Shown piece by piece: positions 1 to 13,344 of a stretch of DNA of 64,000 nucleotides. Position 1 is the stretch's first letter. The number at the start of each line of letters is the position of its first letter. Both the position numbers and the translations under genes were made by a program. The DNA is taken from the NCBI RefSeq assembly GCF_018350175.1, contig NC_058368.1:185754001-185818000 (forward strand), written 5' to 3'. Below the pieces are notes generated by a model. It saw only the letters and a program-made list of their open reading frames with translations, searched no databases and was not told where the DNA came from. Origin of the DNA: Felis catus. Taxonomy: Eukaryota.

Positions 1-984
1 TACTTAGTGCACCAGGGCTTAAACTACAATTTTACCTCTTTTTTTTCTTTTTTAATGTCTCTCCTTCAGGAACTTAATGTTTAATTTCCAGCAGTGAGGA
101 TTACTGAGTTTCAGTCACATTAGAATCTAATAGTACTTACTTAACACGCCTCATTTCTTCTCCAGATCAGTTCAGAGTAGGTTTGCCTTGGAGAACAACA
201 TGTGGAGTCTTTGGAAGTGACAAATATGCTGTTGAGGGATATTAATCAGATGAAATTTAAAAGACATTTGCGTCTGGCCTTAAAGTCTTTGGTCTGGAAC
301 AAATGGCAGTCAGAATCACTCAGTTGAAGTGTTGGAAAATGATCAGGAGTTTGTGTGAGTGACCAGGCATCTGTTGTATGTGAATCTCTTGGGCATCTGT
401 CATTTAGAAGAGGAGCATGCTTTTAATTTCTGTCAAACTCACACTTGGATACAGTTTACATTTCAGAGTGGATTTTTAATCAGTGAGAATGAAACACCTT
501 GGCAGCATTTAGACAATTTCGAAACCTTGAGGAATCATAGTTAATTTGCATTTCTCAATTTTCTTCACTACACAGACAACAGTTTTGGATCTTTACCCTA
601 TCCTTGGCACAATAAAACTCAGAAATAAAAAGCCAAATATAGAACTAGCCATTCTAACTCGTTCAAATTTTTAGACCACCAGAAAGTTTGATTAAATACT
701 AAGCATAAAATAGGCGATAGCCTCTTCTAAAAACTTTGCAGAAATGGTTAGTTTCATGATATTTTACTGGTAAAAAGAAGATAGTTGGGAAGTTGAGTAC
801 AGAATCACATACACATTTGATATGTTTTCAAAATTATTCAGTCCAGAACTTTGTTATAACATATTCTGGCTCTAATCAAACATAACTTTGGATATTTTAT
901 TCATTTTAAATGTATGAAATATTTAGAAGAAAATTTAAGGAGAATATCTGCTTGATTTAAGAGCAAAAGTCTTTTTTTTTTTGG

Positions 985-1750
985 ACAAAAGTGCTAAAAA
1001 TTAGACTACATTACATTTAGAAATTGTGTTAATAAACAGCACTAAGAGAGGAAAACAGGTAAACTATTCAGTGAGAGAACCTACCAAACAAAGCATTTGC
1101 ATCTAGAATACATTTAAAAATCTAAAAAGTCAATAAGAAAAAGCAGATAACTTAATAGAAAATTGGGCAAGTATCTTGAATAAACATATCTCAAAAGAAA
1201 ATATACAAATGGCCAATAAATATCTAAAAAGTTCTTAAACTCCACTAGTTATTAGGGGAATGCAAATTAATATAGCAAGAAATAGCACAATACATGACTA
1301 GAAGAGGAAAAATTTAAAGGCAGGATGAATACCAAGTCATTTGATGAATTAGAGAATCTCAAATGCTCATACACTTCTGTTTGGACTGTAAAATCATTCA
1401 ACCATTTTAGAAACTCTTTTGCAGTACCTACTGAATCTGAACATGTGCATAACATCTAACCCATTACTGTGATGCCAAGATACATACCCAGTAAAATGTA
1501 TATGTATGTCCACCAAAGGAAAAAGTGATCATAGAAACAATATTTGTAATAAGCAAGTAACTGGAAATGACCCAAATGTGTTTCAAGTAGAATGAATAAA
1601 TTATAGTATGTACATACATTAGAATATTATGCAACTAAAAGAATGAATTATAATTATGTATATAACATGAATAAATCTCATAAGTGTTAGATGGAGTGCA
1701 AAATGTCGGTCACCAAAGGAAACAAAATACTATTTTACTTGTATAAATTT
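985..1750 (+). mobile_element. Old L1 (L1M/L1ME-like) 3' fragment, ORF2 end plus 3' UTR
   Basis: Degenerate ORF2 C-terminal DNA motifs (aaaattgggcaag...aaaagaaaatatacaaatggccaataaa...gaatgcaaattaa); A-rich plus strand. Confidence 0.75.
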
Positions 1751-1764
1751 CATGGAATGAATTT

Positions 1765-3140
1765 TGCACATATGGGAAAAATAGATATTGATACATAAAA
1801 ATCAATTTTAGATGGATTGTTAATCAAATTATAAAATATTCCTAGAAGGAAGCATAGCAGATTATTTTCATTACCTGGAGATAGACAAATATTTCTTAAA
1901 GAGAACTTTAAAAATTAAAACCACAAAAAAATTGTAGTTGGGGTATCTTAAAGAATTTTTTAATTAAGTGACATTACTAAGAAAGTGAAAAAGGGGCACC
2001 TGGGTGGCTCGGTAGGTTAGGCATCCGACTTTGGCTCAGTTCATGATCTCTCAGTTTGCAATTTTAAGCCTCGCATTGGGCTCTGTGCTGACAGCTCAGA
2101 GTCTGGAGCCTGCTTTGGATTCTTTGTCTCCCGATCTCTCTGCCCTCCCTGCTCATACTCTGTCTCTCTCACTCTCAAAAATAAATAAACATTAAAAATT
2201 TAAAAAAAGTAAAAAATCATGACACATAGTGGGAGGAATATTTGCATTAGTTACTTTTATGCAAGGAAAGGCACATATTTGGAATATGTGTATACATTTG
2301 TATGTGTATATATGTATACACATACATGCACATATGTATATACACATAAAAATTCTATTATCAGTAAGAAGAGGGGAAATAATGCAATAGAATACCTGGA
2401 AGACTTGACAAATACTTCACACACAAAACTATCCAAATTGTCAATAAACATATGAAATTGTGCTCAACAGCTTTAGTCATCAGGAAACACATAAAACCAT
2501 GAAGAGAGATCACTATACATTCCCCAGGATTTATAAACTGAAGATGGGCAACTGCATGCTGTAGTGAGACTGTGGAGCCACAGGAACTCTCAGACGATGA
2601 TGGGAGAATAAACTGGTAAAATTAGTACAAGTGCTCTGGCAATATCTTCTGAAGTACAGTATATATAGCATATAGGCATATGAAGCCTCTGACTCTGCAG
2701 CTCTACTCCTAGGTATGTTCCCAGTAGGAATAATTTTTAATAATGATGGAAACAGCCCTACTGTCCATCAAGAGTAGAATGCATCAGTTTGATAAATACA
2801 TACAGTGAAATGTTGTATCGTAGTAAGAATTAATGAAATTATACCTATATTATAGCATGATAAAAATCATAGGCATACATTCTGTATGATTTCATTTACA
2901 TATATTTTAAATCAGACAAAAATTATGTGTTAAATGTCAGGTTGGTGATTATTTTGGGTGTTGGAGTTGAAATTAGGAGTGATATAAAGAGGAGTCTGGA
3001 CTGCTAGTAAGGGCTTATGTTTTCATCTAGATACTGATTTCATGGGTGTATTCTCTTTGTGAAACTCCACTATGCTGTATTGTTATTATTTGTCTATGCT
3101 TTATTATGTACGTCATGCTCAATAAAAATGTACTTAAAAT
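1765..3140 (+). mobile_element. Old L1 (L1ME-like) 3' fragment interrupted by a Can-SINE
   Basis: Second copy of ORF2-end motifs (aataaacatatgaaattgtgctcaacagctttagtcatcagg), ending in ctcaataaaaa. Confidence 0.7.
1993..2205 (+). mobile_element. Can-SINE (SINEC_Fc-type)
   Basis: ggggcacctgggtggctc tRNA-derived head, (CT)-rich segment, aaaataaataaacattaaaa tail; imperfect TSD aaagt(g/a)aaaaa. Confidence 0.95.
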
Positions 3141-3231
3141 ATATGAAATAGTCAATAATTTAGGACAACTTGTTTCTATAGCAACCGATTTATAAAATAT
3201 GAATTGATGTTTCCAAATGCACAATAAGGAA

Positions 3232-3360
3232 ATGATATTGACAATGGGGACACTACACACTTGGGGGGGTAGGAGGTATATGGGAGATATCTGTGCCTTC
3301 TGCTCAATGAGGCTGTGAACCTAAAACCTAAAAAGAAACAGTCTGTTACAAAATAAAAAG
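3232..3360 (+). mobile_element. L1MC-type 3' terminal fragment
   Basis: ggtatatgggagatatctgtgccttctgctcaat...gctgtgaacctaaaac matches recalled L1MC1/2 3' end. Confidence 0.65.
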
Positions 3361-3569
3361 ATACATGTTTGATTTTAAGAACACCTAGAAATCATGGCTA
3401 AGATTGGTGTCCTTGGAATCATCTGAGCTCATTTACCCAGAGGAACAAATTTCTGCATTATTGCTTATTTGTGTTTTCTTCTGTCATTCCATCAAGATCT
3501 ATGTTGATTTAATAAGAGCTTTATCTGTCCCAGCAGAGATTATGAAGTAAGGTCAACTCCTAACTACAT

Positions 3570-3955
3570 GCTCTAGCTATCTATTACTGCAAACATACCT
3601 CTTCAAAATAGCAGTTTGGTGCTAGTTGTTGAGTAGGAACTCACATCATGTCTGAGAGCCAGGAGCCCTCTTCCTCTTCTCATGGGGCTCTTCATATGGC
3701 CTAAGTTTCCTTTAATGGCTAAGTTCCAACAGTGAGTATCCTGAGAGAGAAACAGGCATAAATTATGTCAGTCTGTATGATTTGAATGTCATAGAGTGTC
3801 ACTTCTGCATTACTCTATTATTCAAGGCAGTTATAAAGACCAATGTAGATTCACATGGAGGGGACATGGATGCCATCTCTTGGTGGGGGGAAGTGCAAGG
3901 TTTAGTGAGACACAGTATTTGTTGTAGCTCTTTTTGAAAAATATGGTTTACAACA
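3570..3955 (-). mobile_element. MaLR LTR (MLT1F/G/H-like)
   Basis: gtgtcacttctgcattactctattattcaaggcag...gattcacatggaggggacat...catctcttggtgggggg, typical reverse-strand MLT1 motifs. Confidence 0.65.
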
Positions 3956-4950
3956 AGGTGGTTTGTAAGGCTCTGTACTATCTGGCTCCAGTCTCTTTCA
4001 ACTCCTCACATACATCATAGCCATATTTCTTTATTTCTGTTTCTGTAAGTTGTCAAAATCAGTTTAATCCCAAGGACATTGTACTTGCTATTCTAATACT
4101 CTTTTTTTTTCTTTTTTGCATTTATGAAGGCCCACTGGGAATTGGAATGCTTTATCCTAGATCTTTGGCCACCTTGTTCTTATAATTCAAATCCTAAAAT
4201 ACCCTCAGTTATTACCAATGTGAAGTGACATTAAGCAAACGCTAATTTAGCCAGCCAAATTTTGTTTGAGACTTGAAGACTTAGTATTCAGGGATACAAA
4301 GATGACTAAATCATGGTTCTGGTCCTTGAAAAGCACACAGTAATGTTACAGAAAAAAATACATATAAAGATCCGTTCAAATAAATACAATGCAATGTGAT
4401 AAGATGTATGATGTTCAAAGTGCTATTGGAGTTCATTAGCAAACACTGCCGGTTATGTCAAAGTATTCAGAAAAGACTTAACTGTGTATATGATGTTTAA
4501 CAAGGGGCTTAAAACATGAGTAGGAGTTTGTCAGGTGGATTAAGGAGGAAATTGGCATCCTGGGTAGAGGAAACAATACATGCAAAACCAAGATGCTGGT
4601 AAGGAAAAAAAATACAGGGTAGCTGGATAGTGAAGAAACTTGAGTTCATGAAAGATACTGTCTAAGGCTAATTTAAAGTGGTTTCAGGCTAGAATATGAA
4701 GAGCTTATATAGGATATTATACAGGAACAATTTTCTTAAACAGAAAGAAATTTAGTAGATAGATCTATTTCTCAATACTTCACCAGTATTAAAGGTGAAA
4801 TGATTACACTGGGACTACAGGTTAAGAGGTTGGAATTGTTTGGGTAGATATAGTAAGAACCTGAATTAGGTTTGTAGCAGGGATAATTAGGGAATTAAAT
4901 AAAGATTGATTTATTTAGGATTTAGGATTGACAAGATTTGCAACCTCAAT

Positions 4951-5170
4951 CAAGGACCAGCACATTTTTCCATATAAGGGTGGATGATAAATATTTTAGA
5001 CTGTATGGCTCATACACTCTGTTGCAACTACTCAACTTTGCCATTGTGCATGAAAGAAATAATAGACAATAAGTACAGGAATGAGTGTAGCTGTGTTCTA
5101 ACAAAGCTTTATTTAACAAATAAAGGCAGCAAGTAAGATTTAACTTGCTGGAGTGGTTTGTTGACTTCTG
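4951..5170. mobile_element. MER58A-like hAT-Charlie MITE
   Basis: ataaatattttagactgt...tctgttgcaactactcaactttgccattgt...aatgagtgtagctgtgttctaacaaagctttattta. Confidence 0.8.
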
Positions 5171-6686
5171 GTCTGAACAAAGTTTTAGGTTTTGATCTCT
5201 GCCAACTTACTGGACAGTAATGATTGGTTTATAGCTATCACTGGTTTGCTAGTTTTGTGGATATTTGGATAGAATCATTGCAACTTAAAATTTCAAGTTT
5301 CAGAGAACAGAATTATGAATACCCTCTTATTCCGGATTTCTGATATGAAGAAAATGGTATAGGGTAGGTAGACAATGTTGTACCTTGGATTCATGTAAGG
5401 TATTAAAAAATTAATTATTGAACAATTACTGTTATGTAACTAAACTTTTGTTTATCTTATCTATAAATAGTTAATACTTTAAAATAAGTAGATGACTAAT
5501 ATTAATGTATTTTTATTCTAGGATATATGCAAAGAGACACTCCATGAGGCATAATATAGTTACAAAATTACTCATCTCTTCCTGGTAGTAGACTGAAAGG
5601 GTATTATCTTAACACAGATCATGTACTAATATATTGAGAACAATTTATACAACTCTGAATGTCAGATAGTTCCAGGTACCCCAAACACATGGTTTCTACA
5701 TAGTCCATTAATCTTCAAGTAGACATTACCTAGCACAAATTAGTGACAGTAAAAGCTCATATAGGAAAAATATGTTGCACGATCACTATTTCAAATAAAT
5801 TTTGAATCTCTTTCCCTTTCACAGTAATAAAGAGCTATTGTTCAAGGGAGATATTTCCTTCTGGTTCTTCTGGAGTTAGAATTTCTGTTGGGTCCTCCAA
5901 CAATCTGGTTTGTTTTTTGTTTGTTTTCAGTAAGTCGAAGAGAAAAAGATGGCTGTTACAAGTACTGGCCTCCTGAACTTGTATCTTCCAATAAAATAAC
6001 AGATAATATCATCTTAAGCAAATTAAATTCATGCCAAAGGCAAAAACAATGGGCTAATCCATCTCATTTCGTACCTCAAAAATTAACAGAGATTATTAGT
6101 ACCTGCAGATTACATTTCAGACCTTGTTTGGTTTACATTTAATTAGATGAAAATGACAGGTTTTCAGCGAGAGCGCTAGGTTCTGTGCTCATTAGCTCAG
6201 TTGAGTAGATCTGAGTGTGGTTCAGTCCTCAGGGCTTTATGTGTCTGTGCATTCATTTTCCATACCACTGTCTTCAGCAATTTATTGCACAAACAAGTGA
6301 ACCTCATTCTCATTCTGAGATGACAAAACAAGCATCAGCATTACCTATTAGTAAATGTCAACTTAATACCTATGTTTCTTCGACTAGGTGGATAACAAGA
6401 TCTTTGTATACAGATCTCTGTTGCTGTATTTTTACAATGATTTTATAAAAACCTCTGTGACCATGAGCAATTAGGTGCCATACAGTATATGGCACCTAAT
6501 AAATGTTTAATAAAGAGTTAAGCTTTAAATGAAAGAATGACATGAATAATGTCATTATTATCTTTAATTTGACATGAAAGAATGACATGATTATCTATAG
6601 TTTATCTACTTTATGAATAATCAGTATATACTTCAGTTTATAGATGTAGACACTCGAACAATTATTCTACTTTAAAACGGGAGCTG

Positions 6687-6732
6687 GCTTCGGATTCTGT
6701 GTCTCCCCCTCTCTCCCCCCTCCCCCGCTTGT

Positions 6733-6779
<47 letters not shown>

Positions 6780-6802
6780 AGTAAACATTTAAAAAAATTT
6801 TT
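6687..6802 (+). mobile_element. 5'-truncated Can-SINE
   Basis: Starts at gcttcggattctgtgtctcc, long (CT)n, A-rich tail; TSD aaa(c/t)gggagctg at 6675-6686 and 6803-6814. Confidence 0.9.
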
Positions 6803-8696
6803 AAATGGGAGCTGAATTAGAGTCCTCACCTGTCATTTAAAATCCTAGTTTCTTGTACTCTGGTTTCTCTTCAGATCGAAAAAGTCTTTTGCTTTTTAAA
6901 ATCCTAGATTTGAGTCTAAACTCTTTTTACTGATCATAATTTTGCCTATACATATATTTTTTTCTGGATGGGTTTCTCTACTTTTTTTAAAAAAAGGGGG
7001 GGGGGGCTAACTCTTTTGTTAAAAAAAATTCTGGAGTAAAATTTTCCAGATATTTGCAATCAAATGTCCTGAGGGTGATTTTTGAAGGTCCAACTTTTGG
7101 AAACTTAATCTTAATTTTGACAATATACTTTGCAGTAGGAGAGAATTTCTTGCAGCTTATGTATCTCACTTTCCAGGAGATTAGCATAGAAGAATTGATC
7201 TGCATATGGGATTATCAGTACTAGCATAGAGTATCTTGGGTAATAAGAAGTTCACCATCCTTGGAGTACTCTAATAGAAGATGGATAAACATGAGAGGGA
7301 TTTTGTAATAGAGTTTTTGACATTGTTTAATGAATTGGCTTTTAAAACCCTTCTGGCTCTGATCCTGTATTTCATTAACTTCTGCACAATCCAAAATCAA
7401 TTTTAGAACTTTCTGGGTGCCAAGAAATCTGGACCTAAAATGTACATAACAAATATATATCTATTATTTCTTTACATTCCATGAATATATTTTCAAGTAT
7501 GTGGATGTTTAGCAGAAACAGTTAAAAAGAGCCATCTATGATCATTCAAGTGTTTTTTCTTAAAATGCATTAATTTTTTCTCTGAAATAAAAGCAAAATG
7601 TCAATCCCAAAATTGTTTTAATATATTGACTTCACAATTGGATTTTTAAAAAACAAACTACCCATATTTTTTATAGTTGTCTCTTTAATAGAATTAAAAG
7701 TTTAATAATAAATTTATAATTTTTCAGCTTGACCACTAAATATTACTGCAACTTCTTCAGGGTAGTTAGACCTGTACCCTTCCTGTGTTTAGAAAAGCAT
7801 TTTAAAGATTTTAAGAAAAAAAAAATGAGTCATCCAGTTCACCATGCTTTTCACATTTCAAGATGTGTAAGTGTGTGAGTCATAATTACTTTTTGATGAA
7901 ATCTCCAGAAACAAATGACCCTTCCAGATATTAAGAAGAGAAAACCTGTAGGACTCTATGAAGAAAAACAATAAATAGCACTATCTACAGTAAACTTCTT
8001 AGATGATTATTTTGAAAATTTGTTTTTACTTTTTCACTCTAGTCCTCTATTGGATTTAAGTCAATCCTCTGTTGCTTCTATATGTAATTTCTAAATAGGA
8101 AGTAGGATGTTTATGTAAAATACAAGCAATCTTTGAATTAATAAATACCACTAAACCTTTATTTCCCTGCCATCTTAAAATACACATGTAAACTGAGTGA
8201 TAATACATCAGGATATAATCTTACAACAATATTCTCATTTCACATGCAGTTTGATAAATATTGTTTTATAGGATCCCAATGATTTCTACCTTTGACCGGC
8301 AAAGGAATAAGATTGTCTACCTACTGAAAAGTTAGAGTCAAGTCCATAGATGTTGCTATCTTCATAGAACCTACTCTTGGCCATAGGATCCCAGTGTCCT
8401 CAATATTAATAAGGGGATTAATAAGGGGATTACCAGGGGCATTCTAAGTATTGAGGATATAGCAATAAACAAACTGGACTAAATTCTTCACTCCTTGAAG
8501 TTTACATTTGTATGTGTGTAAAGGTGAAGTGCAAATTCTATAATAAAGACTCCCAGTCATACATACCCTTTTGCACACATAGAATAGACTTTGTTAAATA
8601 CTTTTAATAAAAATAAAGCTTGATAGAAGCAATGGGGGATATTATATAGGATAATTAAGAAGTCTCTCTATAAAGATAACATTTATGGAGATATCT

Positions 8697-9190
8697 TGTG
8701 GTAGGTTGAATTATTAGTCCCAGTTCTTCACCAACCATATATCTATACGCTTTGTCATATAATTTTGCAGTTCCTACCTGTAATGATGGAGTTCACTATC
8801 ATGTTTCTTGACTTGAGACTCAGTGATGTGACTTGCTTTGGTCAGTAGGATGTTAGCACATGTGGAAAACACAAAGACATGAAATGTGCTTGTGTGGTAA
8901 GGTATATTGTTTTGTGGCCCTACCATTTTTTTGACAGCATTTCTTATCTGTAGCTGTTGTCCCTTCACCTGGTGCCACAGAATGAATATAGATGGTATGT
9001 ACATGAGTTCAACCCACAGTGAGAAGCCCAGTTCTGCTGGTCTTACAGCTTGAAGCAGAGATCACCAGACAAGTGCAGTTTAGTTTATTTGACCCCCACA
9101 AAACCACACACTCGTGAGTGAGGGTAAAATAATTCTGCTTAAGCCTCTGAGTTCTGGAATAGCCTATTATTCAGTGATTGTTTTTGTCAG
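8697..9190 (+). mobile_element. MaLR LTR (MLT1H-like)
   Basis: tgtggtaggttgaatt start; gatgtgacttgctttggtcagtaggatgttagca; 3' gcttaagcctctgagttctgg. Confidence 0.75.
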
Positions 9191-9341
9191 TTATAGAAGA
9201 AATTGAAGAGAAGTAATGCAGATGTTTAGTTAATAAACACCCAGGCAGAAGAAGCCGCAAGAGCAAATGTTCTGAGGAGAGAGTTTATGTATGATAATTG
9301 AAGTAGTTAGAAGTAGTTGCTGCTGCTGTTGTTACTATCAT

Positions 9342-9874
9342 TGTTAATGCCTTCTAGCCAAAGAATTCCAGGAATATACCTGTAGTTGAACACATTAGGT
9401 TTATTAGTCATGGCAGCAAGGGAGACCACACATCATGGAAAACCACGGAGTATCATAGTAAGAAGGTGTTAAAAAGAGCCTAGTAGGATTTGGGCTTTAG
9501 TTAGGTCATCAGAGGGAAGTCTGAAGAAGTAGGGTTCTCTCTAGATTGGATACTGCCAGAAAGGGAGAGGAACTCTATGGTTACATATCTCAAATATTAT
9601 CTACAGAGATGACCATGAAAACAAAGTCATGATTGTAAAGAGGTAGCACTTATTAAATTATTGGTAGCATATTGATATTGTTTTTGTTTGTGTTTAGACA
9701 AAATTATTAAGTAGTCTTATTTAATCTTATTTGATTATAGTCTTAGCGTAACCTGGTCTAAGGATGGTATTTTGTGAGATGGGTTGTGTTTAACAGGTGA
9801 ATAACACGGCTTAGCTGTGAGTGTCATGCTAACTTCTGAATGTCAGGAGTTGCTTTTTTTTTTCTTTTTTATCA
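9342..9874 (-). mobile_element. ERV1-class solo LTR (MER89/MER110-like)
   Basis: tg...ca termini; cctgtagttgaac...ggtttatta (AATAAA on minus strand); ggatttgggcttt; homologous to 24960-25523. Confidence 0.65.
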
Positions 9875-10431
9875 TTACCATTATGAAGGATAGCCCCAGG
9901 ATACTGACACCAGTCACACAGGCAAGTCTTTCATAAAAATGCTCAAAACAGTATATCCATTGTCTGTTAGCACTATGATTAAATACAAAGGGATCTAGTG
10001 GCTTTACACACACATGCACACAGTCATAACCTATAAGTTGGCCTTATCACTTTTATAGTTTCTTAAAATATCTATGTATCAAAGAAAGTGACTAGATGAC
10101 CACAAAAGAAGTCACACTTCCTTGCATTCTTAAACTCTCATTAAATCAAGCTGTATGTGGTCTACTGTGGTCCAAGTGCTAAGTATTCAGTGAGTAAAGT
10201 AAAGCCCCTCTCTTTATGGAGTTCAGAGTCTGTGTCTACATTAAAGTAAATTATTTACCATCCTGTGACTACAAAGCAAGTTTCAGTATTTTTTTAATAG
10301 TCAATCTATTTACAAAGAGCATACTAAATAAAATATGTATATCATTAGCATTTTAAAATTTATATTAATAATAGCATACCAAATATGGATTGCATTCCTC
10401 TGCAGTGTAAATCAAAACTTAGCCAGACAAT

Positions 10432-10654
10432 GGGGCGCCTGGGTGGCTCAGTCGGTTAAGCGTCTGACTTCAGCTCAGGTCATGATCTCACAGTCCGTGA
10501 GTTCGAGCCCCGCGTCGGCCTCTGTGCTGACAGCTCAGAGCCTGGAGCCTGCTTCGGATTCTGTGTCTCCCTCTCTCTCTGCCCCTCCCCTATTCATGCT
10601 CTGTCTCTCTCTGTCTCAAAAATAAATAAAAACATTAAAAAAATTAAAAAAGAA
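10432..10654 (+). mobile_element. Can-SINE (SINEC_Fc-type), full length
   Basis: ggggcgcctgggtggctcagtcggttaagcg head, gttcgagccc B-box; TSD ttagccagacaa at 10419-10430 and 10655-10666. Confidence 0.97.
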
Positions 10655-11601
10655 TTAGCCAGACAAGTAGGAGTAAAACATCAGTTTTCCAGTGTCATAG
10701 AAGTTGGTAGCTATGAGAAAAACATACACACCTCAAAAAATCTGATTTTTAAATTAAACTAAATGATTATAATCAAACCTATAGCTAAAAATACATGGGT
10801 TATTTTGTTAATGTGCCAGTTAAAATATGACTGCCTCCTTTTGAGAGTAGAACGGCATTCAGCAGTCATCCAGTAAGACTTTCTTTGCTCCGTTTAATTC
10901 TTATAAATATCCTATCAATCATTTAAAAGTATTTTTAAGCAAAATTTTTTCACATTTTGTTTTGTCCCAATTTTAATTAGATATAGCAAGACAAATAAGA
11001 CCCAGGACTTATGCAATGGCTTATAATAACAATAAGTGGGTTGGGTAAAGGAGGCCTTGGGTAGCTAATGTGCTGGATGTGGCTTCAGATACTAATCACA
11101 ATATACTGTATTGAAACCATCAGCTCTACTCTTCAGCTTTATCCAGGAAATTATAAATTTAAATAAAATACCACCCACTCTATAGAAATCCAATATACAT
11201 TTTACTCCAAATGTTTATTTCTACTAACAAGTCAGAGTCAGTCTGATGGGCTCTGCTAGGAATAATAATTAGTACTCTTGGATTTTGAATAAAGACTAAT
11301 TTATTTCTGAACATTCTCTGTGTGTCTTCAAAAAGTGGTTATAATTTCTATGTATTCTCCACTTTCCGGGTTGACTATGACACAGATGTTATTACCAGAC
11401 TTAGGGATGGGCAAAGAGAAAGATATTTCCCTGTCGTGTTATAGTTCTGTGAAGATATACCAGAATGCAATGACTAAAACCTTCTTTTAGTGTTTATTAT
11501 GCCTAGTGGTCATCGGAGTTGGCTTGTGAACTGGACACATGATATCTAACCCATACAACTCTCTTCCTTCCTTTAAATAATGCTCAAAAATTTCAAATTG
11601 G

Positions 11602-11903
11602 CTTTTTTTTAAGTGAAATATAGTTGACACACAATGTTACATTAGTTTCTGCACAGCATAGTGATTTCACAGCTCTGTACATGACACTATCTCACAACTG
11701 TAGCTACCACCTGTCAGCATACAACCCCATTAAAATATCATTCATTTTATTCCTTATGCTGTGCCTTTTATTCATTCTATAACTGGAAACCTGAATCTCC
11801 CACTCCCTTTCACCCATTTTGCCTAATTTCTTCCACTTCTCTTTCCTCTAGTAACCAACAGTTTGTTCTCTGTATTTATGGATCTATTTCTGCTTTTTGT
11901 TTG
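11602..11903 (-). mobile_element. Short 5'-truncated carnivore L1 3' UTR
   Basis: Poly-T then aagtgaaatatagttgacacacaatgttacattagtttc; TSD tttcaaattg at 11591-11600 and 11904-11913. Confidence 0.85.
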
Positions 11904-12396
11904 TTTCAAATTGATTTTTGGTAAAAAAAACAAAAAACAAACAAACAAAAAAACTATAGATTTGTGGCTTCCCTCACTGCCCCAGGCCTGTTTCTGCATG
12001 GCTGCCATCAGCCAAGGCTGAGTGCCAGTTGCTCTTTCCACTCTAGATACCTTTGCTCATTTATGTTCCCGCCTGGCTTCTCTCAGGTTTGTCTGTGATG
12101 TCTGATTCCATCCAATGTCTTGCCTGCAAGAATTAAATAATTTAAGAGCACTACATGGTTTCTTCACACCCCCACTCTCCTCCCTTTCCTCGGGGTCCTA
12201 AGTTCCACAATCAGTGTAAAATATATTTTTCTTTTGGAATTTGAGTACATTTCTCTGAATATGGTTTACAAGAGTATAGATAATACCATCTGACTCATAA
12301 TATCCTTTGTAAGTTAAAGACAGATACTAGGTCACATAATTCCTTTTTCATTTTCCTGTGCTTCTTGTTCTCCATCCTTTAAATGCAGGTAATCAT

Positions 12397-12615
12397 GGGG
12401 CACCTGGGTGTCTCAGTCGGTTGAGTGTCCGACTTCAGCTCAGGTCATGATCTCACAGCTCCTGAGTTCAAGCCCCACGTCGGGCTGTGTGCTGACAGCT
12501 CAGAGCCTGGAGCCTGCCTCGGATTCTGTGTCTCCCTCTCTCTCTTCCCCTAACCCACTCACATTCTGTCTCTGTCTCTGTCTCTCTCAAAAATAAATAA
12601 AACATTAAAAAAAAT
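12397..12615 (+). mobile_element. Can-SINE (SINEC_Fc-type), full length
   Basis: Canonical head, body and tail; perfect 16-bp TSD aaatgcaggtaatcat at 12381-12396 and 12616-12631. Confidence 0.97.
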
Positions 12616-13344
12616 AAATGCAGGTAATCATGATTTCACCCATTCTCTAACAGGCTGCAGCATTTAATGAAATACTAATGGAGAGGAAATCTATTACTAT
12701 TCAGCTAAAGGAATCATTTATTTTAATACCCTGTCTGGGAAATAGTTAACTTGTTGTACAATGCTGCTTTAAGTCCCTGAAAGTTCAGTAAGAGAGTATA
12801 GGGTGGGTCACCAGTCACAATGTACAGTAGAAAATCTTGGCTGTAAGTGTTTATATTCCAGCTGCTATGACTATCACTAGTAAGAGTCACACAAATCAAA
12901 ATAGTGTCAGGAAGGAGTAGTGAGAACCATCAATAAAACAAAAATATATTATACATTTATCTTTTCATCTTTTTCCATTTGCACTCTAATATTATCCTCA
13001 AAAATGTGAAGTCACTAATTTTCTATAAGGCCAAGTATTATGTATTATTAAGAAGTATGTGCTTTATTATTAAGAAATATGTGCTTTATTATATTTTATA
13101 TTTAATGAAAAAAAAGAGAGGGAGAGTTCAATTATTCCCAAAGAGATATCTCAAAATAAGCTACTACTTTACAACAGATTCAGGAGCAAATGAATCTGTG
13201 TTCTATTGCCTCTCATTATTCTCCTACCTTCAGTTTAGTTCACTTTAAGTATTTAGCATCCTTGAAAATGGTGGTTTCTAATCTTCCCTGGCCCTGGTGT
13301 AAAGTACTGTGTGTGCCTTCTTCCCTTACTGATTAATGTGAAAC

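Noticed and set aside
2282..2348. Quasi-palindromic TA/TG/CA tract
   Set aside because: Degenerate alternating purine-pyrimidine microsatellite within an old L1; self-complementarity is expected
8405..8432. attaataagggg tandem duplication
   Set aside because: Simple 12-bp slippage duplication with no further structure
10432..10512. tRNA-like A and B boxes
   Set aside because: tRNA-derived SINE heads continuing into SINE body and tail; not tRNA genes
10335..10625. Recurrent peptide (VAQSVKRLTSAQVMISQ...LTAQSLEPASDSVSPSLS) in many ORFs, resembling a gene family
   Set aside because: It is the translation of Can-SINE bodies (also 12408, 30690, 36048, 37412, 45818, 47092, 48778), not genes
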